Shown here in pieces: positions 51,993 through 60,264 of a stretch of 64,000 nucleotides of DNA. Below the pieces are notes generated by a model. The model ran no database searches. It was not told the origin of the DNA and saw nothing but the letters and a program-made list of their open reading frames with translations. The stretch covers positions 11,381-75,380 of the forward strand of contig CAZIVO010000003.1 in assembly GCA_964542765.1 (NCBI GenBank), read 5' to 3'. The translations under genes were made by a program, and so were the position numbers. The stretch's first letter is position 1. Each line of letters begins with the position of its first letter. This DNA is from an uncultured candidatus Brocadiaceae bacterium. Its GTDB lineage: Bacteria; Planctomycetota; UBA1135; UBA2386.

Positions 51993-53030
51993 TCACAGGA
52001 TGATGTTCGTGTGTTCGGTGGAATGGACCCGGACCCAGTGCTTCTCTTCGCCTTTTTCTTCCTCGAAGAACTGCTCGACAACGATCTTCAGAGCAGCGGC
52101 GGTCGGGGCAGCTGGGAAGCGGAACTCACGGGTTTCGAAGATCTGCAGGTAGTTTTCGCCGGTGATCTCGGCCTCGCCTTTACCGACTTCCTTGTCTGAG
52201 CCGTCGAGTTGCTGAGCCGTGAAGACAAATTTTCGGAGCGTCAGACCGGGTACGCGGTGGGCTGCCTTGTTCTCGACTTCGAGGACGATCTCTGCCCCAT
52301 CCTTGCGGCCCTCGAAACTGAAAGCAGTTGCGCAGAACTCTGCGTCATCGGGGCCGAGCATTCCGTGACGGCGGTTTTTGCGCTTGGGGCCGACGGGTTT
52401 CTTGGTCTCGGGGTCGATGGCCAGGTGCCGTTCAACCTCCGGCATGTGACATTCCACGCAGGACTTCTTTTCCTTGCCCTTGGGCCATTCCGCTCGGGTG
52501 TAGTCCCTGCCGACGGGCAACACCGGCCCGATCTTCGTCGAATGGCAGGATGCGCAAAGCCCGTTGCTACCTTCGGGGGTGAAGTGGGGAGACTTCTTGC
52601 TCGTGTGGGCTTCGGTTTCGGCTCCGAACGGGCCATGGATCTCGTCCTCGCCTAGCTTGTGGCAAGAGACGCATGTGACGCCCTCTTCGAGGATGTCGTC
52701 GCGGGTTTTCGGTTTGCGTCCGATGCGTTCGAGAACCTGATCAGGGATGTGGCAGGCGTGGCAGGATTGTGGCCGCTTCTTGTCCTTGATCGCATTCTGA
52801 TACACCGGATTTGTCCAGGCGTGGCTGTGCGCCTTGCCTTTCCATTCGTTGAACACCGCGACATGGCACTTCCCACAGCTGGCGGCGGAATCCGAGTCAG
52901 CTGCTTTGCGTGCGCAGGTGTCATGGATCGGCCGAGCTTCCCCGGGCAGCCATCCTTCATCGGGTGGCAGGAATGACAGGAGGATGACGATGCCGATGGC
53001 GGAACATGAGCTGGTGATCAGTGAGTTCAT
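51993..53030 (-). CDS. Exported penta-haem c-type cytochrome with a C-terminal non-haem domain
   Basis: Five CxxCH motifs are present: CGKCH, CHACH, CVSCH, CASCH and CVECH. There is an N-terminal signal/anchor. The last ~120 aa lack haem motifs. Confidence 0.85.
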   Translation of the reverse strand: MNSLITSSCSAIGIVILLSFLPPDEGWLPGEARPIHDTCARKAADSDSAASCGKCHVAVFNEWKGKAHSHAWTNPVYQNAIKDKKRPQSCHACHIPDQVLERIGRKPKTRDDILEEGVTCVSCHKLGEDEIHGPFGAETEAHTSKKSPHFTPEGSNGLCASCHSTKIGPVLPVGRDYTRAEWPKGKEKKSCVECHMPEVERHLAIDPETKKPVGPKRKNRRHGMLGPDDAEFCATAFSFEGRKDGAEIVLEVENKAAHRVPGLTLRKFVFTAQQLDGSDKEVGKGEAEITGENYLQIFETREFRFPAAPTAAALKIVVEQFFEEEKGEEKHWVRVHSTEHTNIIL

Positions 53031-53308
53031 GGATCATCAGGATAGCCGGTGTGCCAGATGTATCCATTGGTGCGGGGGATCGATTTCGGTCTTTGCTGCC
53101 TCGCATCACCAGTCCGGATCACGCCCCCTTCAAGAAGAGATGCCGACCGGTCGAAGACCGAGTAGACGAAGCGATGAAGCAACTTGACCACGCCATCGGG
53201 TTCTCCCGAGGATTTGCTGGCCCGTATCGAGCGCATGGTAGGGGCCGCGAAGGCATCGAAATTGGGGGGAGAGGCGCTGCGGGGTGAGATGATCCGGTGA
53301 CGTCGAGG

Positions 53309-54610
53309 TCAGTCTCGGCGTTCGAAGCTGCCTACCCACAGATCCTTGAGATAGGGGAGTTCGGCCGAAAAGCTTGTGGGGTAGAAGCCCGAGGTCGCGA
53401 GCCATTTGCAGAGCTTGCTGGCGGTGATGGCGTGGCGTGTTCGGGGGCGGCGCGTGAGAGATTGGGTCAGTCTTCGCTGGAAGCCATGGGTCGAGATCGG
53501 GTGGAAGAAGGAAACTACCAGGAAGCGCCCGGCTACACGGCAGGCCTCGGCGAGGACATCGCGGGCATCCGCCGGTGGCAGGTGATGGAGGAAGCGGAAG
53601 AGGACAACGCCATCGACACCGCGATCTCCGATGGGAAGACGGGTCATGTCCGCTAGCAGCAGCGGGTCTTTTGAGGGAAGTCCGGCACGGAGCATGCTCA
53701 CCGAACGATCGAGCCCGATGCGACGGACCTTCAGGTCATCGAGTGTCGGCCCGAGGCGGCCGGTGCCGCACGGCGCGTCGAGGACCATCTCGCCGGGTTC
53801 TCCGGGCCACACCCTGCGTAGACAGGCCAGTTCGCGTGCCGTGCGCCCAGGATTGCGCGATCGATACGATGTGCTCTTGCCGGGTGCGTCGTAGCGCGTA
53901 TGCGTGTCGAGTGGGGGCAGGCGGGAGAGGAGCTTGCGAGTTCGGGTCTGGAATCCTGCAGCCTTGCACAGGCGTGCGGCAAAGCCCATCGCCTGCCGCG
54001 GTGTGATGGGGTGACTCCTCAGGCTGCGACGGAAATGCTTGAGGATGCGGGTGAGATCGCGATTGCGAGGTTTTCGCAGGCTGCCGTTGTGCAGGTCGAG
54101 GATGGCAAGCTTTGTCCCACCCGCCTGGATGTAGACGTGGTCAGCCGAGGAGTCCGGGAGGATGAGGCCATCGAACAGGGCTTTCCCGACGAAGCGAGCG
54201 ATCTCGTGGGCGGTCTGTCGTCCGCAGCGGCCGGCTTCGATGGCTTCGCGCATGGTTTCGCCGGGGAGTTCGGCGCACAGGTAGAAGGAAGAGGCTCGGC
54301 GCTGGCCGATCGCGACAGGTCGAGCGGTCTCGATCCCGTGTCGTAGCAAGGCCTCGGCCATCTTGCATTCTCGTTGCCCATCGAGATTGCTGTGCGGTGC
54401 GGTGAGCCGGGACCGAAGACGGTTCTTGAACTGGGTCCGGTGAAAAATTTTCAGGTACCAGTTCCTCGATCCCCGGGTGATTTTGCGAACCTCGCGGAAT
54501 CGATTAGGTGGGGCGGCGAGGTCGGAAGCCATCGCCAGGGTTGCCTCGAGTCCGGGAAAGAGCTCGCGCTCCTGCTCGTCTGCTTGCAGTAGGTTCCAGA
54601 ACTCACTCAT
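53309..54610 (-). CDS. Fusion protein: N-terminal Kdo/WaaP-type lipopolysaccharide-kinase-like domain plus C-terminal class I SAM methyltransferase
   Basis: The N-half WYLKIFHRTQFKNRLRSRL...AILDLHNGSL is like the InaA/Kdo-kinase family. The C-half reads VLDAPCGTGRLGPTL...VDGVVLFRFLHHL. Confidence 0.6.
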   Translation of the reverse strand: MSEFWNLLQADEQERELFPGLEATLAMASDLAAPPNRFREVRKITRGSRNWYLKIFHRTQFKNRLRSRLTAPHSNLDGQRECKMAEALLRHGIETARPVAIGQRRASSFYLCAELPGETMREAIEAGRCGRQTAHEIARFVGKALFDGLILPDSSADHVYIQAGGTKLAILDLHNGSLRKPRNRDLTRILKHFRRSLRSHPITPRQAMGFAARLCKAAGFQTRTRKLLSRLPPLDTHTRYDAPGKSTSYRSRNPGRTARELACLRRVWPGEPGEMVLDAPCGTGRLGPTLDDLKVRRIGLDRSVSMLRAGLPSKDPLLLADMTRLPIGDRGVDGVVLFRFLHHLPPADARDVLAEACRVAGRFLVVSFFHPISTHGFQRRLTQSLTRRPRTRHAITASKLCKWLATSGFYPTSFSAELPYLKDLWVGSFERRD

Positions 54611-54654
54611 GCTAGGTCTTTTATCCGAGGGCTCGGCCGGGGATCATCCCATTG

Positions 54655-55908
54655 ATGTCTGCGAAGATGCCAAAGCCCTCCACGGACCGTAACCTGATCG
54701 CAAAGTTGCCGAAGGCGGATCTGCATCTCCATCTCGATGGCAGCATGCGCCTGTCTTCGTTGATCGAACTCGCGGCCGAGCGCAAGGTCAAACTCCCGAG
54801 TTCGACACCCGAAGGCCTCCTCCGGACGGTGTTCAAGAGAGCCTACAAGAACTTGCCGGAGTATCTGAAGGGTTTCGAGTTCACGGTGGCCTGCTTGCAA
54901 GATGCGGAGTCTCTCGAGCGCGCCGCTTATGAGCTCTGTCAGGATTGCCGCGACGAGAATGTGTTCTACGTCGAGATCCGATTTGCACCGCAGCTTCACT
55001 GTCGTGGTGATTTTGATGTTCGCGCGGTCTTGAAGGCTGTTTCCAAGGGGATGCGCCGTGCACAGCGGGAGATCAATCGGCCGGCAGCGGTCCGCGATGG
55101 TCGGGTGCCCCGGTTCGAGTGTGGGATCATCGTCTGTGCTCTGCGTTACTTCGAACCCTTCTTCTCCGAGCATTACAGGGCTTACTTCGAAGTCTTGCGA
55201 GCAACCCCGCGGGAAGGCATCTACGGTCTGGCGTCCCTGGAACTTGCACGGGCAGCGGTCCAAGCGGTCGAAGAAGATGGCCTGCCGATCGTCGGGCTGG
55301 ACCTCGCAGGTCAGGAGAGGGGCTTCCCGGCGAAGGACCACCAGGAGGCTTATCAACTGGCTCATGACCATTTCCTTGGGAAGACGGTTCACGCCGGTGA
55401 GGACTACGGGCCGGAATCGATCTTTCAGGCGATCACGGATTGCCATGCGGATCGGATCGGTCATGGCACCTGGCTGTTCTCGGCGCGCCACATCCATGAC
55501 CGTTCGATTCGAGACCGTCGCCACTACGTCGAACAACTCATCCGCTACGTCGCGGACCGGCGGATCACCCTCGAGGTTTGCTTGACGAGCAACCAGCAGA
55601 CGATCCCCGAGTTCCGAAAAGATCTCTCGCGGCATCCCTTCCGGCTCATGCGCAAAGCTCGCCTCAGCGTGGCCCTTTGCACGGACAATCGACTGGTGTC
55701 GCGAACGACCATGACCGATGAGGTCGTCAAGGCCGTGGATACCTTCAAGCTGAGTCCGAAGGAGTTGAAGAACATCCTGATCTACGGTTTCAAGCGGTCC
55801 TTCTACCCAGGCTCTTATCGAGAGAAGCGGGAATACATCCGTTCCGTGCTCGATTACATGGAAGCGGAGATGGCCGAGCACGGCTTCGATCTCCGTGGAG
55901 GCGGGTAG
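54655..55908 (+). CDS. add: Adenosine/adenine deaminase-family metallohydrolase
   Basis: Motifs found: LPKADLHLHLDGS, GLDLAGQE, HAGE, RIGHG, EVCLTSN and LCTDN. Confidence 0.9.
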   Translation: MSAKMPKPSTDRNLIAKLPKADLHLHLDGSMRLSSLIELAAERKVKLPSSTPEGLLRTVFKRAYKNLPEYLKGFEFTVACLQDAESLERAAYELCQDCRDENVFYVEIRFAPQLHCRGDFDVRAVLKAVSKGMRRAQREINRPAAVRDGRVPRFECGIIVCALRYFEPFFSEHYRAYFEVLRATPREGIYGLASLELARAAVQAVEEDGLPIVGLDLAGQERGFPAKDHQEAYQLAHDHFLGKTVHAGEDYGPESIFQAITDCHADRIGHGTWLFSARHIHDRSIRDRRHYVEQLIRYVADRRITLEVCLTSNQQTIPEFRKDLSRHPFRLMRKARLSVALCTDNRLVSRTTMTDEVVKAVDTFKLSPKELKNILIYGFKRSFYPGSYREKREYIRSVLDYMEAEMAEHGFDLRGGG

Positions 55909-55950
55909 GCTCGGAGCTTCCGAGGGAAGGAGATCGGCAAGGCTTGCCCG

Positions 55951-57438
55951 CTACCCGAGGATGGCGGCCGCGGCCAGGGCTCCAGGGCCGCAGGTGATGC
56001 CGCCGCCGGGATGACTGCCGCTGCCACCGAGCCAGAGCCCTTTCACCGGCGTTGCGAAGCGGGCACAGGAGGCCAGCGGTCGCAGCCACCACATCTGGTC
56101 GAGGGCGTGTTCGCCGTGATGGAGGTGCCCACCGGTCAGGCCGTATCGCTGCGAGAGGTCGTTCGGAGTGAGTAACTCATGGCCGACGATGCGATCGCGA
56201 AGGCTGGGCGCGAATTCCGCGAGCCGTTCGATGATGGCCTTGGTCAAGGTTGCCCGCGCGGTTTCGTCCCAGCCGCCTTCGCGTTCTTGCGGCACGAACT
56301 GTGCCAGGATCGAGACGGTGGGTTTGTCGGTTTCGCCGTGGACCCGGATGTCGAGGTAAGGATGGTCGGAGAAGTTCCGGTACTTGATGGCATCGAAGGC
56401 TCGTTCGAGGCTGTCGAGATCCTCGCCGATCCGGATCTTCGAGAAGGATGCGCCAGGGCGTGAGGCGAACTCGAGAGGACCATCGAGGGCGAGATGCAGC
56501 TTCGCGGCGGTGCCGCGACAGCGCCAGTGGGCGATGTCCTGGCCGATACCCGGGGGAAGGTCCGTCGGACGGATCAAGCACGAGAAGGTGCTGCGAGGAT
56601 CGGTTGTGGCCACCAACTGTGTCGCGGTGAGGCGTTCGCCGGTCCCGAGTTCGACGCCGACTTGCTCGCCGCGTTCCACCAGAATGCGTTGCACGGTAGC
56701 GCTGGTGCGGATCTCCACTCCCGAAGCCTGGCAGGCTGCGAGCAGGGCGCGGATGAGCGCCGGTGAGCCACCTGCGACCTCGGCGCCCTCCGAGCATGCA
56801 TGCATCAGCAAGAGGGCGGCGGTGCCTGCCGAGCGCGGCCCGCACCAGGTGGAGGCCAGGGCTGGTGCGGCCAGGGTTGCCTTGAGGTGCTGGTCATCGA
56901 AATGCTCGTCGAGCCAGTCCGCGACCGACATCGGTGCGATCCGGAGCAGTTCGTGCATGGTTTTCGGCCCGAGCCTGCGCAGGCCCCAAGCCTTCCTGGC
57001 GAGTGCCCAGGTTTGACGGAAACCCTGCGGGGCGATGTGCGGTGGGGGTTCCCGCAGAAGGCGGCTGACGAAGGGTTTGACCTCGCCGATGAAGCGGTCG
57101 AACCGGGCGAACTGTTCGGCATCGGTGCCGGCGAGTTCCGAGAGCAGCAAACCCGGTCCTTCACGGGTGGGAGCGAAGACGGGCGCGGGGTCCGCGTATT
57201 CCAGTCCGTGACGAGTCAGCCCGAGTTTGTCGATGACGTTTTTGTGGATGTGACTCGTGTCATGAAGGATGCCGGGCGTGTGGTAACCGGGATGGAACTC
57301 CGTCGAGGTCGCGAGCCCGCCGCACCGATCAAGATGTTCGAGCACCAGCACCTTGCGCCCCTGCCGGGCCAGCAGGGCAGCGCAGGTGAGGCCGTTGTGG
57401 CCGCCGCCGATGATGATGGTGTCGTGGTTGTGTGCCAT
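55951..57438 (-). CDS. CrtI/phytoene-desaturase-family NAD(P)/FAD-dependent oxidoreductase (paralogue B)
   Basis: The dinucleotide fold is IIIGGGHNGLTCAALLARQGRKVLVLE. The C-terminal motif is LWLGGSGSHPGGGITCGPG. Confidence 0.8.
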   Translation of the reverse strand: MAHNHDTIIIGGGHNGLTCAALLARQGRKVLVLEHLDRCGGLATSTEFHPGYHTPGILHDTSHIHKNVIDKLGLTRHGLEYADPAPVFAPTREGPGLLLSELAGTDAEQFARFDRFIGEVKPFVSRLLREPPPHIAPQGFRQTWALARKAWGLRRLGPKTMHELLRIAPMSVADWLDEHFDDQHLKATLAAPALASTWCGPRSAGTAALLLMHACSEGAEVAGGSPALIRALLAACQASGVEIRTSATVQRILVERGEQVGVELGTGERLTATQLVATTDPRSTFSCLIRPTDLPPGIGQDIAHWRCRGTAAKLHLALDGPLEFASRPGASFSKIRIGEDLDSLERAFDAIKYRNFSDHPYLDIRVHGETDKPTVSILAQFVPQEREGGWDETARATLTKAIIERLAEFAPSLRDRIVGHELLTPNDLSQRYGLTGGHLHHGEHALDQMWWLRPLASCARFATPVKGLWLGGSGSHPGGGITCGPGALAAAAILG

Positions 57439-57444
57439 CTCCGG

Positions 57445-59025
57445 TCAGCCCTTCTCCAGGATGGCGCGAGCTGCGTTTGCGCCGGGCGCGCCCATGATGC
57501 CGCCACCGGGGTGGGAGCCCGAGGCGGCGAGCCAGAGATTCGAGATGGGGGTGCTGTGTCGTGCCCACCGCGGCGCCGGGCGCAGGAAGAATAGTTGTTC
57601 GAGACTCAGTTCACCGTGGAAGATATTGCCCTGCGTCAGCCCATACTCACGATCCAGGTCCCAGGGGGTCAGGACCTGTCGGTGCAGGATCGATTCCTTC
57701 AAGGTGGGGCAATACTCGGCGAGAGTGTCGATGACAGCATCGCCAAATTCTTCACGCCGAGCGGGCCAGGTCTCGGCACCTTCCTTGAGGGCGAAGGGTG
57801 CGTATTGCACGAAGATGGACATGACATGCTTGCCGGGCGGAGCGACGCTCGGGTCGCTGAGCGATGGGATCACGACATTGAGGTAGGGCCGCTTGCTGAA
57901 GTCGCCGTATTTGGCTTCGTCGTAGGCGCGCTCGAGGTAGTCGATGGACGGGGCGATCGCGATATCGCCGCGAAGGTGCGGACCATTTCCCGGTCGGCAG
58001 GTAAATTCCGGCAACCGGTCCAGGGCGAGGTTCACCTTGCCCGAACTGCCGCGCATCTTGAACCGGGTGATGTGCTCGGCGAACTCGGGATCGAGATGCT
58101 CCTCGCCGACCAGTCCCAGGAATGTTCGGTGAGGGTCGACGCCCGACACCACGTGCTTGGCGCGAATCTCTTCACCATGTTCGAGGACGACGCCGACGGC
58201 GCGGCCACCTTCGACGAGCACTTTTTCTACAGGTGATTCGGTGAGGATCTTTGCGCCGTGACGCTGGGCGGCGCTGGCGATGGCCATCGAGATCTGGCCG
58301 GTGCCTCCTCGGCAGAATCCCCATGAGCGGAAAGAGCCGTCGATTTCGCCCATGTAGTGGTGCAAGAGGACGTAGGCCGTGCCCGGTGAGCGGACTCCCA
58401 GGAAGGTTCCGATGATGCCGCTGACGCTCATGGTCGCCTTCAGGGTTTCGGATTCGAACCACTGATCGAGGAAGTCCACGGCACTCATCGTGAACATCTT
58501 CAGCTTGAGCACGCGGTCGGCCTCGGTGAACCGATCGAAGACCTTGAGAAGGCTCAGGTTCTCCAGCAAACGGCCTGGATGCCATGAAGACGGGTCGGGT
58601 GGCACCATTTCGATGATCGGCTTGATCAGGCGACTCACCTTTCCCATGGCCTTGCCAAACTCGCGATATGCTTCCGCGTCGCGCTTGCTGAAGCGGGAGA
58701 TCTCCCGCCGGGTCCGCTCTGCGTCGCCCCAGCGTGCGAGGGAGTCGCCGTTCGGCAAGGGTGTGAAGGAGCAGTCCAGCGGCAGGATTTCGAGGCCGTG
58801 CTTGGCCAGTTCGAGATCGCGGATGATGTGGGGGCGCAGCAGGCTGACCACGTAACTGCAGGCCGAGTATTTGAAGCCGGGGAGGTGTTCCTCGGTTACC
58901 GCGGCCCCACCCAACAGGTGCCGGCTCTCGAGCACCGTCACTCGCAGTCCGGCCTTGGCGAGGTAGGCCGCGCAGGTGAGGCCGTTGTGGCCGCCACCGA
59001 TCACCACGACATCCGCGGTCGTCAT
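57445..59025 (-). CDS. CrtI/phytoene-desaturase-family NAD(P)/FAD-dependent oxidoreductase (paralogue A)
   Basis: ATG 59025 (MTTADVVVIGGGHNGLTCAAYLAKAGLRVTVLE) overlaps the upstream stop as ATGA. The C-terminal motif is LWLAASGSHPGGGIMGAPG. The ORF track extension to 59466 lies inside the upstream gene. Confidence 0.8.
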   Translation of the reverse strand: MTTADVVVIGGGHNGLTCAAYLAKAGLRVTVLESRHLLGGAAVTEEHLPGFKYSACSYVVSLLRPHIIRDLELAKHGLEILPLDCSFTPLPNGDSLARWGDAERTRREISRFSKRDAEAYREFGKAMGKVSRLIKPIIEMVPPDPSSWHPGRLLENLSLLKVFDRFTEADRVLKLKMFTMSAVDFLDQWFESETLKATMSVSGIIGTFLGVRSPGTAYVLLHHYMGEIDGSFRSWGFCRGGTGQISMAIASAAQRHGAKILTESPVEKVLVEGGRAVGVVLEHGEEIRAKHVVSGVDPHRTFLGLVGEEHLDPEFAEHITRFKMRGSSGKVNLALDRLPEFTCRPGNGPHLRGDIAIAPSIDYLERAYDEAKYGDFSKRPYLNVVIPSLSDPSVAPPGKHVMSIFVQYAPFALKEGAETWPARREEFGDAVIDTLAEYCPTLKESILHRQVLTPWDLDREYGLTQGNIFHGELSLEQLFFLRPAPRWARHSTPISNLWLAASGSHPGGGIMGAPGANAARAILEKG

Positions 59026-60203
59026 GCCTTCTTCCTTTCGGGGTCGAAGAAGGGGCGCTCGACAACGGTCGCGCTGACAGCACGGCGCTCGAACTCGACG
59101 GTGTGCTCGATCTTGATCATGGTTTCGAGCGAACTGAACTCGGGCTGTACGCTGGCCAGGGCCAGATATTTCTTCAGGATCGGAGACCAGGTAGTGCTGG
59201 TGGCCTGACCGACCTGCCGCTGCCCGAAATAGATGGGCAGTGCTTGGCGGCAGGCATCGGCGGGTAGAGCCGGTGGAAGCTCGTATTCGGCGTAGAGTTG
59301 CTCCAGATCTTCCCAGTCCACATCCAGCCCGACGAGATTCCAGCTGTTGCCACGAGCTTTCGCCGCTGCGAGAGCCTGTTGCCCGAGGAAAGGTCCGCGG
59401 TCGAGTTCGACGGTCCAGCCGAGCCCGAGTTCGAAGGGCGTCGATTTGCGCGATTCTACCGCGCATTGTGGCGCGCTGAAGTAGTCGACACCCTGGAGGA
59501 CGAAGCCCGCTTCGATGCGCGTGATGTCGAGTGCGTCGAGGCCGCAGGGAGAGAGTCCGAGGGGTTCGCCGGCAGCGATGAGGGCATTCCAGATATCGAC
59601 CGCGGCGGCGGTCGGGAGCCAGATCTCGTATCCGAGGTCGCCGGTGTAACCGGTACGGGAGACGTCGACACCTTCGATTCGCGTGCTGGTGACGCCGAAG
59701 TAGGGCAGATGTTCGAGGTCATCGCCGAGGGCATTGACGATGATGTGGCGTGACTGCGGCCCCTGGATGGCGAGCGCGGCCAGAGATTCCGAGACATCGG
59801 TGACGGTTGCATCGAAACTCCGCGTGTGTCGATCGAGCCATCTGAACATCGGGCTTGCCGAGGTCAGGCGAAATCTGTTTTCGTCCAGGCAGGCGATCGT
59901 ACCATCATCGATGACCATGCCGGCTTCGTCGCACATGCAACTGTAGGTGACCCGGCCCGGTTTCAAGTGGGCGATGTCGCGGGTTGCGATGTAGGAGAGG
60001 AAGTCGCGGGCATCGGCCCCGACGACCTCGTACTTGAACAGGGGCGAGATATCGAGCAGCCCGGCCGCGCTGCGCAAGGCGTGGTACTCGGGCTCTGCCG
60101 AGGTGCCGTAGCGGCATACCGCCAGGAAGCCTGCCCACTCCTTCCACTGGTGGCTTTCGCACAACGGCGCGGTGCACGCGTGGAAGGGACTGGGGACGGG
60201 CAT
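59022..60203 (-). CDS. GcvT-family folate-binding aminomethyltransferase-like protein
   Basis: EYHALRSAAGLLDISPLFKYEVVGADARDFLSYIATRDI...GRVTYSCMCDEAGMVIDDG...TGYTGDLGYEIW is the canonical GcvT/DmdA-family pattern. Confidence 0.8.
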   Translation of the reverse strand: MPVPSPFHACTAPLCESHQWKEWAGFLAVCRYGTSAEPEYHALRSAAGLLDISPLFKYEVVGADARDFLSYIATRDIAHLKPGRVTYSCMCDEAGMVIDDGTIACLDENRFRLTSASPMFRWLDRHTRSFDATVTDVSESLAALAIQGPQSRHIIVNALGDDLEHLPYFGVTSTRIEGVDVSRTGYTGDLGYEIWLPTAAAVDIWNALIAAGEPLGLSPCGLDALDITRIEAGFVLQGVDYFSAPQCAVESRKSTPFELGLGWTVELDRGPFLGQQALAAAKARGNSWNLVGLDVDWEDLEQLYAEYELPPALPADACRQALPIYFGQRQVGQATSTTWSPILKKYLALASVQPEFSSLETMIKIEHTVEFERRAVSATVVERPFFDPERKKA

Positions 60204-60264
60204 GGGCGCCGAAGGTTAGCGATCCGCCAGTCGCCTGACAAATGAGAGCTTGGCTCCCACCGGT

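Noticed and set aside
54607-55881. 424-aa minus-strand ORF
   Set aside because: It is antisense to the adenosine deaminase gene, whose full motif set (HLHLDGS, HAGE, RIGHG, TDN) reads on the + strand.
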